This document shows positions 27,830 to 38,354 of a stretch of DNA of 64,000 bases, one piece after another (positions within the stretch are counted from its first letter, which is position 1; each line of letters starts with the position of its first letter). The notes beneath the pieces are model-generated. The model did no database searches. It was not told the origin of the DNA and was given only the letters and a program-made list of their open reading frames with translations. The position numbers and the translations under genes are program-made. The stretch comes from Minisyncoccota bacterium (GTDB taxonomy: Bacteria > Patescibacteriota > Minisyncoccia > Phycocordibacterales > JACRKE01): the NCBI GenBank assembly GCA_041660505.1, contig JBAZWG010000001.1:243979-307978 (forward strand), read 5' to 3'.

Positions 27830-28669
27830 CTAAAAGTGGCTGAAAAAGCATGTTCTTGATACTGCCCCCCCCGAATACTTAGGGCCAGTGGTTACGATGG
27901 ATGCAGGAAATACGCAGGCTGTTTTTTGAAACTTTTTTGGTTTAACTACCCCGAGTCTTTCTAAAGAACCACGTATCGTTAGATTTTTTGGGTCAAAATC
28001 TCTTTTTCCCTTTTTTATGATTTTAAATCCTACCTTCTTAAGAATCATTTCGATGTTATTTGAATCAAAAAGATATACATGCTCAGAATATACTGGTTCG
28101 TGTTCATACTGAACCTTCTTAAGCAAATAGCTGCTCATATCTGGCGTTTCAATGACAAGTCTTGCCCCGGTTTTCATATATTTGAAAACGACCTCAAGGG
28201 CACGTATTGGTTCAGTTAAATGTTCAACAACGTGGAACATGGTGACAGTATTGATACAGTTTTGTTCTAGTATATGTCCACAATCTCCGATAGTTACTTG
28301 TCTAATATCTAAACTGTGTTTCTTCGCATATTCTTGAGCGATACTGCCTGGTTCTATACCAATCAAGTTTTTGTAGCCCATATCTCTTAATGTTTCAAGG
28401 AAGATGCCTTCGCCACATCCGATATCGCATAAGTTATCTAAGGTAACGTATCTTTTTATTGTTTCTATTCGGTCTACCGTATTAGAGATTCTAGAATTAG
28501 TCTTTCCCTTGCTTAACTGAGGATCTATGTTTTCATAATAATCTTCGCCCAACAACGAGTCGGCTATCCAAAATAGATTGCAACCTGAGCAACGTAGAAG
28601 TTGTATGTTATTTGCAATGAGGGGTTTCCCCTTAAGGTTGCACTGTATGCAAAAATTAGTATTTTTCAT
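27830..28669 (-). CDS. class I SAM-dependent methyltransferase with an N-terminal zinc ribbon
   Basis: CIQCN...CSGCN zinc ribbon followed by the SAM-binding motif LCDIGCGEGIF. Confidence 0.65.
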   Translation of the reverse strand: MKNTNFCIQCNLKGKPLIANNIQLLRCSGCNLFWIADSLLGEDYYENIDPQLSKGKTNSRISNTVDRIETIKRYVTLDNLCDIGCGEGIFLETLRDMGYKNLIGIEPGSIAQEYAKKHSLDIRQVTIGDCGHILEQNCINTVTMFHVVEHLTEPIRALEVVFKYMKTGARLVIETPDMSSYLLKKVQYEHEPVYSEHVYLFDSNNIEMILKKVGFKIIKKGKRDFDPKNLTIRGSLERLGVVKPKKFQKTACVFPASIVTTGPKYSGGAVSRTCFFSHF

Positions 28670-28712
28670 CTTATGGCTATTTAGAGATTTTTATTGTATC
28701 ATACGGTTCATT

Positions 28713-30029
28713 ATGTGGAAACACCTGGCCAAATACCTTTATGTATACCTGTTGGGATTGTCCATCGTTAACGTTTTGATTTTTGGTATTCCACACAATA
28801 CTGTTTGGAATAATGGTCCAGCAAATTTGCAAAAGGATCAGTTGGGCTATCATCAATATGCAATAAACATCTCTTCAGGCAATGGTTACAACATCAGTGG
28901 AGAGGGTTTCAATAGTGTTCGAGAGCCGATCTATCCCGCTTTTCTTGCCTTAATCTATCTTCTCTTCGGCCAGGGAAATGGTCGCGCAATTATTATGGTT
29001 CAAACCGGCATTCTATCCATTATTGGATATATTGCCTACATCTTATTCTTACGGGCGGACGAGAAACATTTAGGGATCGTCATTGCACTGGGCATTGTTA
29101 TGTTGCCCTACTATGGCTATTATGCAGCAGAATATATGACTGAGCTCTTCTTTGCTGGCATGCTTATTTTCTGTCTTTACTGTATGGTCCTATTTGTGGC
29201 CGAGCCGGGCTCGCGACGAAATCAGGTTGTGTGCGGTCTAGTATTTGCCCTGACAGCGCTTACCCGCGTACAGATGCTCTTTTTCCCTTTTTTCTTTTCC
29301 GTATTTTTCTTGATACTGTATCGTCGACACATCACCAAGGCACTGTGGCAGCTAGCGATGGTCTTACTATTTTTCTGTGTTCCGATTCTGTCTTGGACGC
29401 TAATCGTATATCAGCAAACCGGCCGTGTGGCGATAACAGAAGGAAGACAAGAGATTGCGATTCACGAGCGCGCAGTACGTTCAATGTTGAGTTATACGGA
29501 GATGCTCCAATATACAAAGGCTTGGTTGATACGTAGTGTCGAAGGGGGCACCGCATCCGTGATACTGGATACATACGACGTAAAAGGCCTTGTTGACAAA
29601 GAATATTTACAACGAGCAACCACGCGTCCACTAAAAGACCAGATCCGAAATACCGATCTTGCGACAATCCGGACACATATAGGTCACTATTTTTTTGGAA
29701 ACGTGATAGAAGCGATGAAATTGGTCTACGTCGAACATGATTACTCCAGTTACATGAATCGATACTTCCGCGTTGCCGTGTACGTATTCATATACGGTCT
29801 ATTCTTCCTAGGTTTGTATGGTTTTTACCAATACCGTCACCGCTACTCGCTCTTGATGTTTACGCTAGAATCCTTGACGCTTTTGATTATTGCCTACCAC
29901 ATTGTTATGCTGTCTCTCTTTGACGCGATACCGCGAATGAATACTCCCTTACACGCACTCTACCTGCTGGTTGGCGCTATTGGCTTGTGGCAGTGGGTAC
30001 ATTTTGCGCTGACTGAACAGAATACATGA
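28713..30029 (+). CDS. polytopic membrane glycosyltransferase (GT-C, ArnT/PMT-like)
   Basis: More than 10 predicted TM helices, with an ArnT/PMT_2-like arrangement. The start is set at the ATG downstream of the divergent upstream gene. Confidence 0.5.
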   Translation: MWKHLAKYLYVYLLGLSIVNVLIFGIPHNTVWNNGPANLQKDQLGYHQYAINISSGNGYNISGEGFNSVREPIYPAFLALIYLLFGQGNGRAIIMVQTGILSIIGYIAYILFLRADEKHLGIVIALGIVMLPYYGYYAAEYMTELFFAGMLIFCLYCMVLFVAEPGSRRNQVVCGLVFALTALTRVQMLFFPFFFSVFFLILYRRHITKALWQLAMVLLFFCVPILSWTLIVYQQTGRVAITEGRQEIAIHERAVRSMLSYTEMLQYTKAWLIRSVEGGTASVILDTYDVKGLVDKEYLQRATTRPLKDQIRNTDLATIRTHIGHYFFGNVIEAMKLVYVEHDYSSYMNRYFRVAVYVFIYGLFFLGLYGFYQYRHRYSLLMFTLESLTLLIIAYHIVMLSLFDAIPRMNTPLHALYLLVGAIGLWQWVHFALTEQNT

Positions 30030-31824
30030 CGAATCTGCCCAGGGTCGCTTCGTATTTGAGGAATGGCAACCGCATATAAATCCGCAGATCTTGTTGCGTA
30101 GGGTCAACAACCAGATACGTTATCTGATACTTAGTAAGTTGCGCGTACAGGTCCCCGCTTTCAAACGCGGTATATTGTGCGATGATACTGTTTTTCACAC
30201 CATCAAAATAGCGTTGGATATCAGCATCACTTCGAATCTTTCCGAGCCAGCCCGGAGCTCCGCAGCAAAATATATCTACCCAATCACGAAAGAACGTCGA
30301 GTATAGTGAGTGCATATTTATTTGCAAGTATTCAGGGAGATTGGAATGTTTTATTTTTCTCAGATGAAGATCGAGTAAGTAATTATACATAACTCTACTG
30401 TCGGGAACTCCTGAGAAAACGTCTATCGAATGGTATACATCGCACGGGGTTAGTGCGGTCACAAAACGATTAAGCTCGCTTTCAGGATTGCTCGCAACGT
30501 AGACGACGCAACCCCGATCATGTGGGCCAACTCGCGTGTTTAGCCACATAAACACCTTTCCATACGATTGCAGCTCTGCATAGGTATCCATACCGAAGGG
30601 TACGCTTGCGATGGTGCGATACACGAACGCGAGCGAGATGCCGATAACAACTACAATATACAACTTCCACAAGAAAGAAATTTTGGTTCGGATAAAATTT
30701 TCAACAAGCACCGTGAACACCACGAACATAAGGGGGACGGTGTATTGGGCAAAATGTGACGGCCAAATAGTAAATCCGGTTAGAAGTTGTTGTGTGTACA
30801 CTAGCATAGAAGACCCGATCATCACAAATACAAAAACCCACCAAAGCGGGACTCTCTCGGAGGGTGTCGTTTTGCGGTACCACACAAACACAGCGCCTCC
30901 GATACACAAAATCAGTATGCAGAGCATATTAATGATTGGTAGATGCGTAGAAAAAAGCCCCTGCTTATACAAGCTGTTTGGAACAGTCGCATGTGTTGCG
31001 GTCATAAGCACCGCAATAACATACAAACTGTTTACCAAAGCGCCGATACATGATATCCCAATCAGTATATATACGGTTCCCCATTCTTTTTGGCTCATAT
31101 ACCAGGCAAAGTACAGGAGCGTAACAACGACTGCCAAGAAAAAAGAAAAGAAATACCCGGACATAACCCCAAGAACAAGCCCGCCGATGATAGCCGTACG
31201 CCGGCTTTTTCGAACGGTAGAGATTAGTGCAACAACGATGTTTAAAAATAAAAACAGGAATATGCCGCCTGTTATTGGATTAACCAACCTTCCCCATTGT
31301 GAGGCATAGTATTCGTGGACACCATTTTTTAGAAAAGCAAAGAAACTTGCATAATCGATTACATGATACGAGACAACAACAAACAGTGCACCAGCAATTG
31401 CGGACAGTTTTGCTCTGTTGCTTTTTATGACTGCCAATGCGTAGATTAACGTGTATACCAGAAGAAAAAGAATTGCCGGAAAAACAAATCTTGCAATCAG
31501 AATGATGCTTACTAATGATTGTCCGGTGAGGTAGTGCGGCACCACGTAAAACAAGAACTCTCCCGAAGGTGGCACAAAAGAAGCGATGTCTTTGTACTCG
31601 TGGAAAAATGCAGATCCTGCGGTAGGATGCCCGTCAATGATTTCTTGCATCCTCGTCATATACTCGCCTTCGGCGTCTGCAAGAAGGTAGGGCACAGAAT
31701 GATAACCAGCTCCGAGCGCAGCCTGAGAAATGACTTGCGGGGCACCAAAGGTACTGCCGACGAGCAGCGCAATTATCATTACCCAATAATGGCGTACAAA
31801 AATCTGACGTAAACGGTGGAACAT
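29977..31824 (-). CDS. large polytopic membrane protein (GT-C-like, uncharacterised)
   Basis: 615 aa, with more than 12 predicted TM helices in the N-terminal two thirds and a soluble C-terminal domain. Confidence 0.45.
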   Translation of the reverse strand: MFHRLRQIFVRHYWVMIIALLVGSTFGAPQVISQAALGAGYHSVPYLLADAEGEYMTRMQEIIDGHPTAGSAFFHEYKDIASFVPPSGEFLFYVVPHYLTGQSLVSIILIARFVFPAILFLLVYTLIYALAVIKSNRAKLSAIAGALFVVVSYHVIDYASFFAFLKNGVHEYYASQWGRLVNPITGGIFLFLFLNIVVALISTVRKSRRTAIIGGLVLGVMSGYFFSFFLAVVVTLLYFAWYMSQKEWGTVYILIGISCIGALVNSLYVIAVLMTATHATVPNSLYKQGLFSTHLPIINMLCILILCIGGAVFVWYRKTTPSERVPLWWVFVFVMIGSSMLVYTQQLLTGFTIWPSHFAQYTVPLMFVVFTVLVENFIRTKISFLWKLYIVVVIGISLAFVYRTIASVPFGMDTYAELQSYGKVFMWLNTRVGPHDRGCVVYVASNPESELNRFVTALTPCDVYHSIDVFSGVPDSRVMYNYLLDLHLRKIKHSNLPEYLQINMHSLYSTFFRDWVDIFCCGAPGWLGKIRSDADIQRYFDGVKNSIIAQYTAFESGDLYAQLTKYQITYLVVDPTQQDLRIYMRLPFLKYEATLGRFVMYSVQSAQNVPTATSQ

Positions 31825-31831
31825 GGATGAG

Positions 31832-32527
31832 TTATTTTTTAGCTACGGGCGGCTTTTTTGCGACGCAATAAACAACCGCAGCCATGTCAATGGATTTTGG
31901 CCAGTATGAGAAAATGAAGTCCAAAAGTTTTACCGGAAAGAAAAGGATCATGGATATATCCAATAGGAACCAGTACAACGTATCATTGCCGACCGAAAAT
32001 ATCGTTGCCACCAGGTAACAGATAATTACAGTGAGTGAGGAAAAAGGACCTGCGCGTACACCGATCTCTAGAATTTCGAAACCACTGAGTAGTTCGATCA
32101 ACCCCAACTTCGTCCATCGGGTAAAGTCTGACGGCGACGAGTGGAACGGATAGATGAATGGTACGGTTATATATACAAGCCCGTTCGGTTTTAACACGCG
32201 ATATACTTCTTGAATTGCTTTCCCTGGCGTTCTAAGATGTTCAAAAACTGTATCACTGATAATCGCGTCCACTGTGGCACTTGCGAGGGGCATGTCGGAA
32301 GCATCTCCGATAATATCTACTCCCGGATATTGAGCAATATCCATATTGGTGACTCCGGGAGCAATAATCTTCGGTCCAGAACCAAGGTTTATAATCGTTC
32401 CGCGTACTGTATACTCACATAGAAAACGTTTTGGACTCAGTCCACGCAGAAGGAGGGGGCCGAAAACAACCGCAAAAAAGTAGTAAAATCTTGGCCATTT
32501 TTTGAAGTGTTCTCTAAATATTGACAT
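31832..32527 (-). CDS. class I SAM-dependent methyltransferase with a C-terminal membrane anchor
   Basis: SAM-binding motif INLGSGPK, an LKPNG motif, and hydrophobic C-terminal helices. Confidence 0.6.
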   Translation of the reverse strand: MSIFREHFKKWPRFYYFFAVVFGPLLLRGLSPKRFLCEYTVRGTIINLGSGPKIIAPGVTNMDIAQYPGVDIIGDASDMPLASATVDAIISDTVFEHLRTPGKAIQEVYRVLKPNGLVYITVPFIYPFHSSPSDFTRWTKLGLIELLSGFEILEIGVRAGPFSSLTVIICYLVATIFSVGNDTLYWFLLDISMILFFPVKLLDFIFSYWPKSIDMAAVVYCVAKKPPVAKK

Positions 32528-33270
32528 TATAGTACGTTAGCAGATTTCTTTCTTGCCACACACATGATAGACACCCCAAATGGATAGTTCGTATAGTGGA
32601 GGAGTTTTCCTTCTGCGTGAAATACCAGATACAAAAATCTGTTCCATATGTTTCTAGTGAATATATTCTCGTTTTTCATGGCAAATACTGGAAGTCGAGA
32701 AATCATTCTCACGAGAAAAATGGGGGGGAATAAGAAAAAATTGAAGTAGCTTGTGCGCACAATATCGAATCCTGCATCGCGCAGATCTTTCAACAGTTTG
32801 TTTTTTGTGTATCGACGTTTGTGTTCACTCAATACATCGGTCACACTCCAAAGAAACTCGAAGGCAGGGACAAATATGATCACAGTGCCTCCCTGTTTAG
32901 TCACTCGAAGTAATTCTTGCAATGCCTGATGTACGTCATCAATATGCTCGAGGACATCAAGAGCAAGCACCACGTCGAACGTATTATCAGAAAACGAAAG
33001 GTGTGCACAAGACTCAAGGAAAAGATTTTTTATGCCCCTTTTTTTACAAAAATTTATTGCTTGTTCAGATGGATCGACACCAATCACGCTTCCGAAAGGT
33101 TCTAACGCCTGCAGTAATGCTCCCGTGCCACAGCCGATATCTAAGATAGTACGCCTGTCTGAATTAACCGAGTGCTTTCTGATAAGTTGAACTACGATTT
33201 CTCTTCTAACCCGGTACCACCAGTGTTCAAGCTCGTAGGTGTATAAGGTCTGATAGTGGCTAATCTTCAT
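32527..33270 (-). CDS. class I SAM-dependent methyltransferase
   Basis: SAM-binding motif ILDIGCGTGALL and the acidic motif DVVLALDVLEH. Confidence 0.7.
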   Translation of the reverse strand: MKISHYQTLYTYELEHWWYRVRREIVVQLIRKHSVNSDRRTILDIGCGTGALLQALEPFGSVIGVDPSEQAINFCKKRGIKNLFLESCAHLSFSDNTFDVVLALDVLEHIDDVHQALQELLRVTKQGGTVIIFVPAFEFLWSVTDVLSEHKRRYTKNKLLKDLRDAGFDIVRTSYFNFFLFPPIFLVRMISRLPVFAMKNENIFTRNIWNRFLYLVFHAEGKLLHYTNYPFGVSIMCVARKKSANVL

Positions 33271-34270
33271 GGGTTGTGTTCTTTGAATCCTGAGATTTTT
33301 TAATCCACGCAAATGTCTCGCTGAGACCTTCCTGTAAGGATACGGTGGGCTTGAAGGAAAGCAGCCTTTTCATTTTTGAATTGTTACCGACCCGAAAAGT
33401 CCCGTGGGTTTCGTCCTTCGCCACATGTACAGGAACCAGTGGAGATCTTGCCACCTTGAGCATACTGTCAGTGAGCTTTATAATACTCGTTGCAGAACCG
33501 GACGAAACATTCACTATCTCGCTATCAATGTTCCGCTCCAATGCGCGCAACGTCGCTTCAACAGCATCCGTAATATATATATAATCAAGTGCCTGCTTGC
33601 CGTCGCCGCAGATCAGGGGCGGCTGGTGTTCAAGAATTCGTTGGAAATTCTTTAGTATGACCGATTTATAACCGGAACCCGCATATTGGCGCGGACCATA
33701 CACGAAGTGATAGCGAAGCGCAATCCAGGAAGTACCGTACTTTGCTGCAATATAACCCAGCAGATGCTCGCCGGCGAGCTTAGATATTCCATATACCGTG
33801 TCGGGAAGCGGCGTCTCTTCCTCTTGATACTTTGGCTTATGACGTCTTCCGTACGCATAGAGCGAAGAAGCGAAAATAATTTTTTGAACACCTTCTTGGG
33901 CGGCAATCTCGAACAGTTCTTGCGTGCCAAGAATATTCACTAAAAAAATTTTCTGAGGAGTCTTTTTTGATTGATTATGCTTCTCGGCCGCAAGGTGGAT
34001 CAAATAATCGATCTTATGCTTTTTAAAAATATCCCGCAATACTGACGAATCGGCGTATCCGAGTGAAAATTCGATGACGGGGACTTTTGTTGTAACTTGC
34101 GGCGAAACTGTAATATTGCTTTCTTTTCCATACTCAAGACTGTCGATGATTACGACCTTTCGCGCACCTCTCCTCAATAGTGCCTCAGCCATGTGCCCGC
34201 CAATAAATCCGCACCCTCCAGTCAGGAGAATAGTCTTGTCAGCAATTGGATACCCGTTCTGCGTGGTCAT
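33260..34270 (-). CDS. NAD-dependent epimerase/dehydratase (UDP-glucose-4-epimerase-like)
   Basis: Rossmann start ILLTGGCGFIGGHMAEAL and the catalytic motif YGISKLAGE. Confidence 0.8.
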   Translation of the reverse strand: MTTQNGYPIADKTILLTGGCGFIGGHMAEALLRRGARKVVIIDSLEYGKESNITVSPQVTTKVPVIEFSLGYADSSVLRDIFKKHKIDYLIHLAAEKHNQSKKTPQKIFLVNILGTQELFEIAAQEGVQKIIFASSLYAYGRRHKPKYQEEETPLPDTVYGISKLAGEHLLGYIAAKYGTSWIALRYHFVYGPRQYAGSGYKSVILKNFQRILEHQPPLICGDGKQALDYIYITDAVEATLRALERNIDSEIVNVSSGSATSIIKLTDSMLKVARSPLVPVHVAKDETHGTFRVGNNSKMKRLLSFKPTVSLQEGLSETFAWIKKSQDSKNTTHED

Positions 34271-36459
34271 GGATTGTGTCTTAACCCATCTTTGATTACT
34301 TGGAAATCTAGGTTGAGTGACGAAAGGCTTGGTTGAAACTTTCCGGTTCGACCAAGCGGAAATGCTTCCAGAAACTGAACTTCAATTTTCAAATCTGGCC
34401 CCAGATAATCTTGTAAGATTTTAAAAATTTCTGTGAGCAAATCGTCCGTGTATCGTGGTCCTTTGATAATTCTCAATATAATGGTGCCGAACTCACGTTG
34501 TTCAACTTGAAATTGTCTGATACCGTAGTCAAATTCCTTAAAGAGGTGCAGAAAAAAGGAGCCGGGTACATACTGTTTTCGAGTGCCGATGATAATAGCC
34601 TGGGTTCTGCCATGAATTTCTCCCATGAGCGGCAGACCGCGTCCACAGCTACAAACTTCGTCTGTTGCAGTTGCTAAATCGCCGATACGATATCGAATAA
34701 AGGGCATGCAAAAGTTGTTGAGGTCGGTAATCACAACTTCCCCGACCTCGCCGGGTTTTGCGGGTTTACCGTCCTTGATGATTTCAACAATATACTGTTC
34801 CGCCATGATATGGTGTCCGCGGTGCGCGTTACATTCATATGCGATGCCGCTAAATTCTCTTGCCCCATATTTGTCAAATACTTTTGTCATAAATACCTGT
34901 TCTACGGTTGTGCGGCTCTGGGGAGGCAGAGACTGAGCAGAAGAAATAATACCCTTCGGCCTAATCTGCGTAAGTGGGTTATCGCGCACATACTGGGCGA
35001 GCATGTTGAATGATTCGGCATACCCATCGATAAGTGATGCCTTGCTCTGGGCGATCAGTCGAACGATTGCCGGCAAATTTTCACGCTTCATGCGGTATGC
35101 CGGAATAAATTTTCTGCGGGTCATGAAAGCGTCAATAAACTCCCGGACAATCTGACTTGTATTCATACCGATTGTTTGGTGCCACAATCGCAGACAACGA
35201 TCTCCAAACCGGTACCCTGTCCATTCTTGACTTCGCAACGTTGCTGCCCAGCGGATCTCTAACTGCGTTCGGTCTGCATAACAAATGAATGGCTGGCCCG
35301 TCGAGCCACTGGTTGAAATCCTGTAGATGTTTTTCTTGTCATGGTTATCTGAAAACAAATCGAAATACAGATTCTCACGTACCGTTTGCTTGTCGAGAAA
35401 TGGCAATTTCCGCAAATCATCGAGGCAGGTTATATCGTCAGGGGTTATTCCGAGTTTTTCAAAAAGATCATGATAATAAGCGACGTGGCGATAGGAGTGA
35501 TCGAGCAGTATCTTGAGTTTTTTGAATTGAAGCTTTTTTATTTTTTCGGGAGGCAACCATTGCGTTTTTCGTAAAATCCAAAAGTATCGTATCGCTTCCC
35601 GAGTGATCATCCAGTGGTGAATCGGCATGAGCAAACCATATACGTAAAAATATATTTTGCGAGCTGTTGACCATGGAACAGACTTATCGAGTACATTGTT
35701 TTCGTCCGAGAACCTCTCGAGTAGCGTGATCGAATTAAATCGAATCCGATACTCAAAAAAAGCTTTGCCAATGTCAGCCAAAGCTTTTGCGACCACCAAC
35801 AGAGGGAAGGAACGCAAAAAAGATTGTCCCACGAGTCGTTTATCAAACAACGTCTCAACTTCACGGATCGAATATCCCTTTGCATGTGCGGCAACAGTAA
35901 TCAGCGACTGAAAATAAAAATAGGAAAAACGGTGCTGCAAGACATCAAGGAAGACTTCTCGACGAGTAAGGATAAACCCTGATTTATTGTCTCGAGATCT
36001 CATGCCGAACAGTACATTGAGAATTTTATTCAGTGCAATACTCAACAAATACCGTGTCCCCTTTTGTCGGCCTATGCTACTTCTCCATCCTTGTACGAGG
36101 TCGACATTTGATTGTGTGTAGTCACGATATAACCGAATAATGTCCTCGGGTAAATTTTGCAGATCTCCGTCAATAATGCACACTAAGTTCCCCGTAGCTG
36201 CTCGAACTCCCTCTTTCCATGCAGTTTCGATTCCTCGATTCGTGGCGTGAAAAACACCTCGTATTTTGTTGGGGAACTGGAGTTCTTTTTCTCGTATAAT
36301 CCTCGCGGTATCATCGCGGCTTCCATCATCAACAAGGATAAGCTCGCTCGAGATGTTAAGTTTTTCGAAGACCTTCAAAAGACGATCGCAGAGCTCGGGA
36401 ATATTGCCCGCTTCATTAAAGCAAGGAACAATGACGCTTAGTTCTCGTGTGCTTTTCAT
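34267..36459 (-). CDS. fusion protein: GT2 glycosyltransferase (N-terminal) plus CapK/PaaK-like adenylate-forming enzyme (C-terminal)
   Basis: N-terminal GT2 motifs LSVIVPCFNEAGNI...LVDDGSRDDT...IDGDLQ. The C-terminal half has the acyl-AMP ligase P-loop ISTSGSTGQPF and a CapK-like layout. Confidence 0.65.
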   Translation of the reverse strand: MKSTRELSVIVPCFNEAGNIPELCDRLLKVFEKLNISSELILVDDGSRDDTARIIREKELQFPNKIRGVFHATNRGIETAWKEGVRAATGNLVCIIDGDLQNLPEDIIRLYRDYTQSNVDLVQGWRSSIGRQKGTRYLLSIALNKILNVLFGMRSRDNKSGFILTRREVFLDVLQHRFSYFYFQSLITVAAHAKGYSIREVETLFDKRLVGQSFLRSFPLLVVAKALADIGKAFFEYRIRFNSITLLERFSDENNVLDKSVPWSTARKIYFYVYGLLMPIHHWMITREAIRYFWILRKTQWLPPEKIKKLQFKKLKILLDHSYRHVAYYHDLFEKLGITPDDITCLDDLRKLPFLDKQTVRENLYFDLFSDNHDKKNIYRISTSGSTGQPFICYADRTQLEIRWAATLRSQEWTGYRFGDRCLRLWHQTIGMNTSQIVREFIDAFMTRRKFIPAYRMKRENLPAIVRLIAQSKASLIDGYAESFNMLAQYVRDNPLTQIRPKGIISSAQSLPPQSRTTVEQVFMTKVFDKYGAREFSGIAYECNAHRGHHIMAEQYIVEIIKDGKPAKPGEVGEVVITDLNNFCMPFIRYRIGDLATATDEVCSCGRGLPLMGEIHGRTQAIIIGTRKQYVPGSFFLHLFKEFDYGIRQFQVEQREFGTIILRIIKGPRYTDDLLTEIFKILQDYLGPDLKIEVQFLEAFPLGRTGKFQPSLSSLNLDFQVIKDGLRHNP

Positions 36460-36471
36460 TAAGGTAACGCC

Positions 36472-37614
36472 TTAGTTTGTTTTGATAAATTGAACAACGT
36501 TCTTTGCTCGCCCATTCCATGTATATCGTACAACGTCTTTTTTGGCCTGTTCGGCCCTCCGTCGGGCTTCTTCTGAATGGCTAAAGATATACTCTATCAT
36601 ATTCTGAAGATTTTTTCCTTCCGAGTCGGGATGAAAAAGAAAAGCGGACTTTTCGTCGACAATCTCACGCAACGATGGCAAATCGGAGACAATAATGGGC
36701 CTGCCCGACGCCATATGAGGAAAGAGCTTCATTGGTGAAGTGTATAGCCTTGAGATCGCAGAGTCCGCAGTATTTGGGATGACGAGAATATCTGCAGCAG
36801 CTTGGTTTTCGGCCAGTTCTGCATATCGCGTTTGTCCAAGGAAGATGACGTCCGGATATTGCCCGCGAAGCTGCGAGGCTTCCTTCTGGCTGCCTCCAGC
36901 AATGACAACCGAAATACCTTTCGCCTTTAGCCCACCTGAAATCTTACAAAGTTGTCGATACCCCTTTCCTTCGCTCAGCGACCCAAGGTACATTACTACT
37001 TTGGCTCCTTCGGGGATGCCGAGTTTTTTGCGTGCAGCAATTGCATCATAATGTGTCCGGATGAACGCCTCTCCAATAGCGTCGGGAGCGACGCAAGAAT
37101 TAAAGGACGGCCTGATGTCACGCAAGTATCTATCAAGCCCGTCGGTGATGGGAATAATGCCTGAAGCGTGGGTCAGAATACGTGCAACCATCCATCGCCG
37201 CGATGGCGTATGCGGCTCCCAAAAGAATTTTACCCGAAGGAAACTAAACGCAAAAGCCACAATAGCATCCCGTGTATAGAGAATATCGTTCGATGAAGAT
37301 TTTTTGACCATGCCGCAAGCCTGCAATACATATCGAGCGGTCTGGACGGCAAACCCGACCCTGCCAGCCCAAGTAATCTCAGTGGCGGGTAGATAGGTAA
37401 TCGTAAAATTTTCTCGAATCGCGTAGTAGCCGAAAGGGTCTTGCGAGATAGCGGTGGTCCGTCGCGGCACAATGAGCTCAACACGAACCCCCTGGTCGGC
37501 AAAAGCTTCGCACATATTCATAATCTGGGCACCGTGTGCTTTTTCGGTTGGAAGGCGAATATTGGCAAAATATCGCAAGCGCGGAGCTGTTTTCATTTTT
37601 TTATACCAATACAA
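36472..37614 (-). CDS. glycosyltransferase family 4
   Basis: GT4 two-domain layout. C-terminal motif PSLREIVDEKSAFLF. Alternative start MKTAPRL at 37596. Confidence 0.7.
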   Translation of the reverse strand: MYWYKKMKTAPRLRYFANIRLPTEKAHGAQIMNMCEAFADQGVRVELIVPRRTTAISQDPFGYYAIRENFTITYLPATEITWAGRVGFAVQTARYVLQACGMVKKSSSNDILYTRDAIVAFAFSFLRVKFFWEPHTPSRRWMVARILTHASGIIPITDGLDRYLRDIRPSFNSCVAPDAIGEAFIRTHYDAIAARKKLGIPEGAKVVMYLGSLSEGKGYRQLCKISGGLKAKGISVVIAGGSQKEASQLRGQYPDVIFLGQTRYAELAENQAAADILVIPNTADSAISRLYTSPMKLFPHMASGRPIIVSDLPSLREIVDEKSAFLFHPDSEGKNLQNMIEYIFSHSEEARRRAEQAKKDVVRYTWNGRAKNVVQFIKTN

Positions 37615-38330
37615 AAAACGGTCGATCCCTGCGGCAGTGAGACGTGCCTAATAAGGACTGACTCGATAGTAAGAATCAGATAGAAAAGATTGTTCATGCC
37701 ACGGGAGACTCTTTTTATATCAGACCGCGAAACTAATGGGGGGAACAGTTGATCAATTCTCCGTTTCAGATATACAAACGGAAAGAGAAAGAAATTTGCG
37801 TAGGTGCTTCGTTCCACCTGTATGCCGGCATCTGCGAACAATTGCTCCAATTCTTTGCGTGAATATCTATGCCGCGTCATGTTAACTTCGTCGTGAGGGC
37901 CGCGTAAATACTCATGCGCAGCAACGCTGACCATCAGTCTTCCATTGGGCTTTAGTGTCCGTGCGAATTCTTTCATGACACGACTGTCACTCGGTATATA
38001 TTGATGATAGATGACATCAAGGGATACGATCATATCGAAGAAATTATCGGGAAACGGCAAACTATTTACGTCGGCTCGTACGGTATTGGCAACTCCTCGA
38101 CTTCGGCAAATCGCAAGAGCCTCTTCTTCGATATCCACTGCATAGACAGTACCGAATCGGTTGATCTTTGCACTAAACCACCCCGTGCCACATCCCGCAT
38201 CTAAGATACACAAGTTTTTCGGAGAGACGGAAAATCTTTGCACCAGGACAAGCGCGATTCGCGACATTCCTTGGAACCACCAGTGGGTGGTATCGTTATC
38301 TTTGAAATTGTCATACTCTTGTTTCTGCAT
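37593..38330 (-). CDS. class I SAM-dependent methyltransferase
   Basis: SAM-binding motif ILDAGCGTGWF and a DMIVSLDVIYH motif. Confidence 0.7.
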   Translation of the reverse strand: MQKQEYDNFKDNDTTHWWFQGMSRIALVLVQRFSVSPKNLCILDAGCGTGWFSAKINRFGTVYAVDIEEEALAICRSRGVANTVRADVNSLPFPDNFFDMIVSLDVIYHQYIPSDSRVMKEFARTLKPNGRLMVSVAAHEYLRGPHDEVNMTRHRYSRKELEQLFADAGIQVERSTYANFFLFPFVYLKRRIDQLFPPLVSRSDIKRVSRGMNNLFYLILTIESVLIRHVSLPQGSTVFCIGIKK

Positions 38331-38354
38331 ATCTCCGAATACAATGTAAGAATA

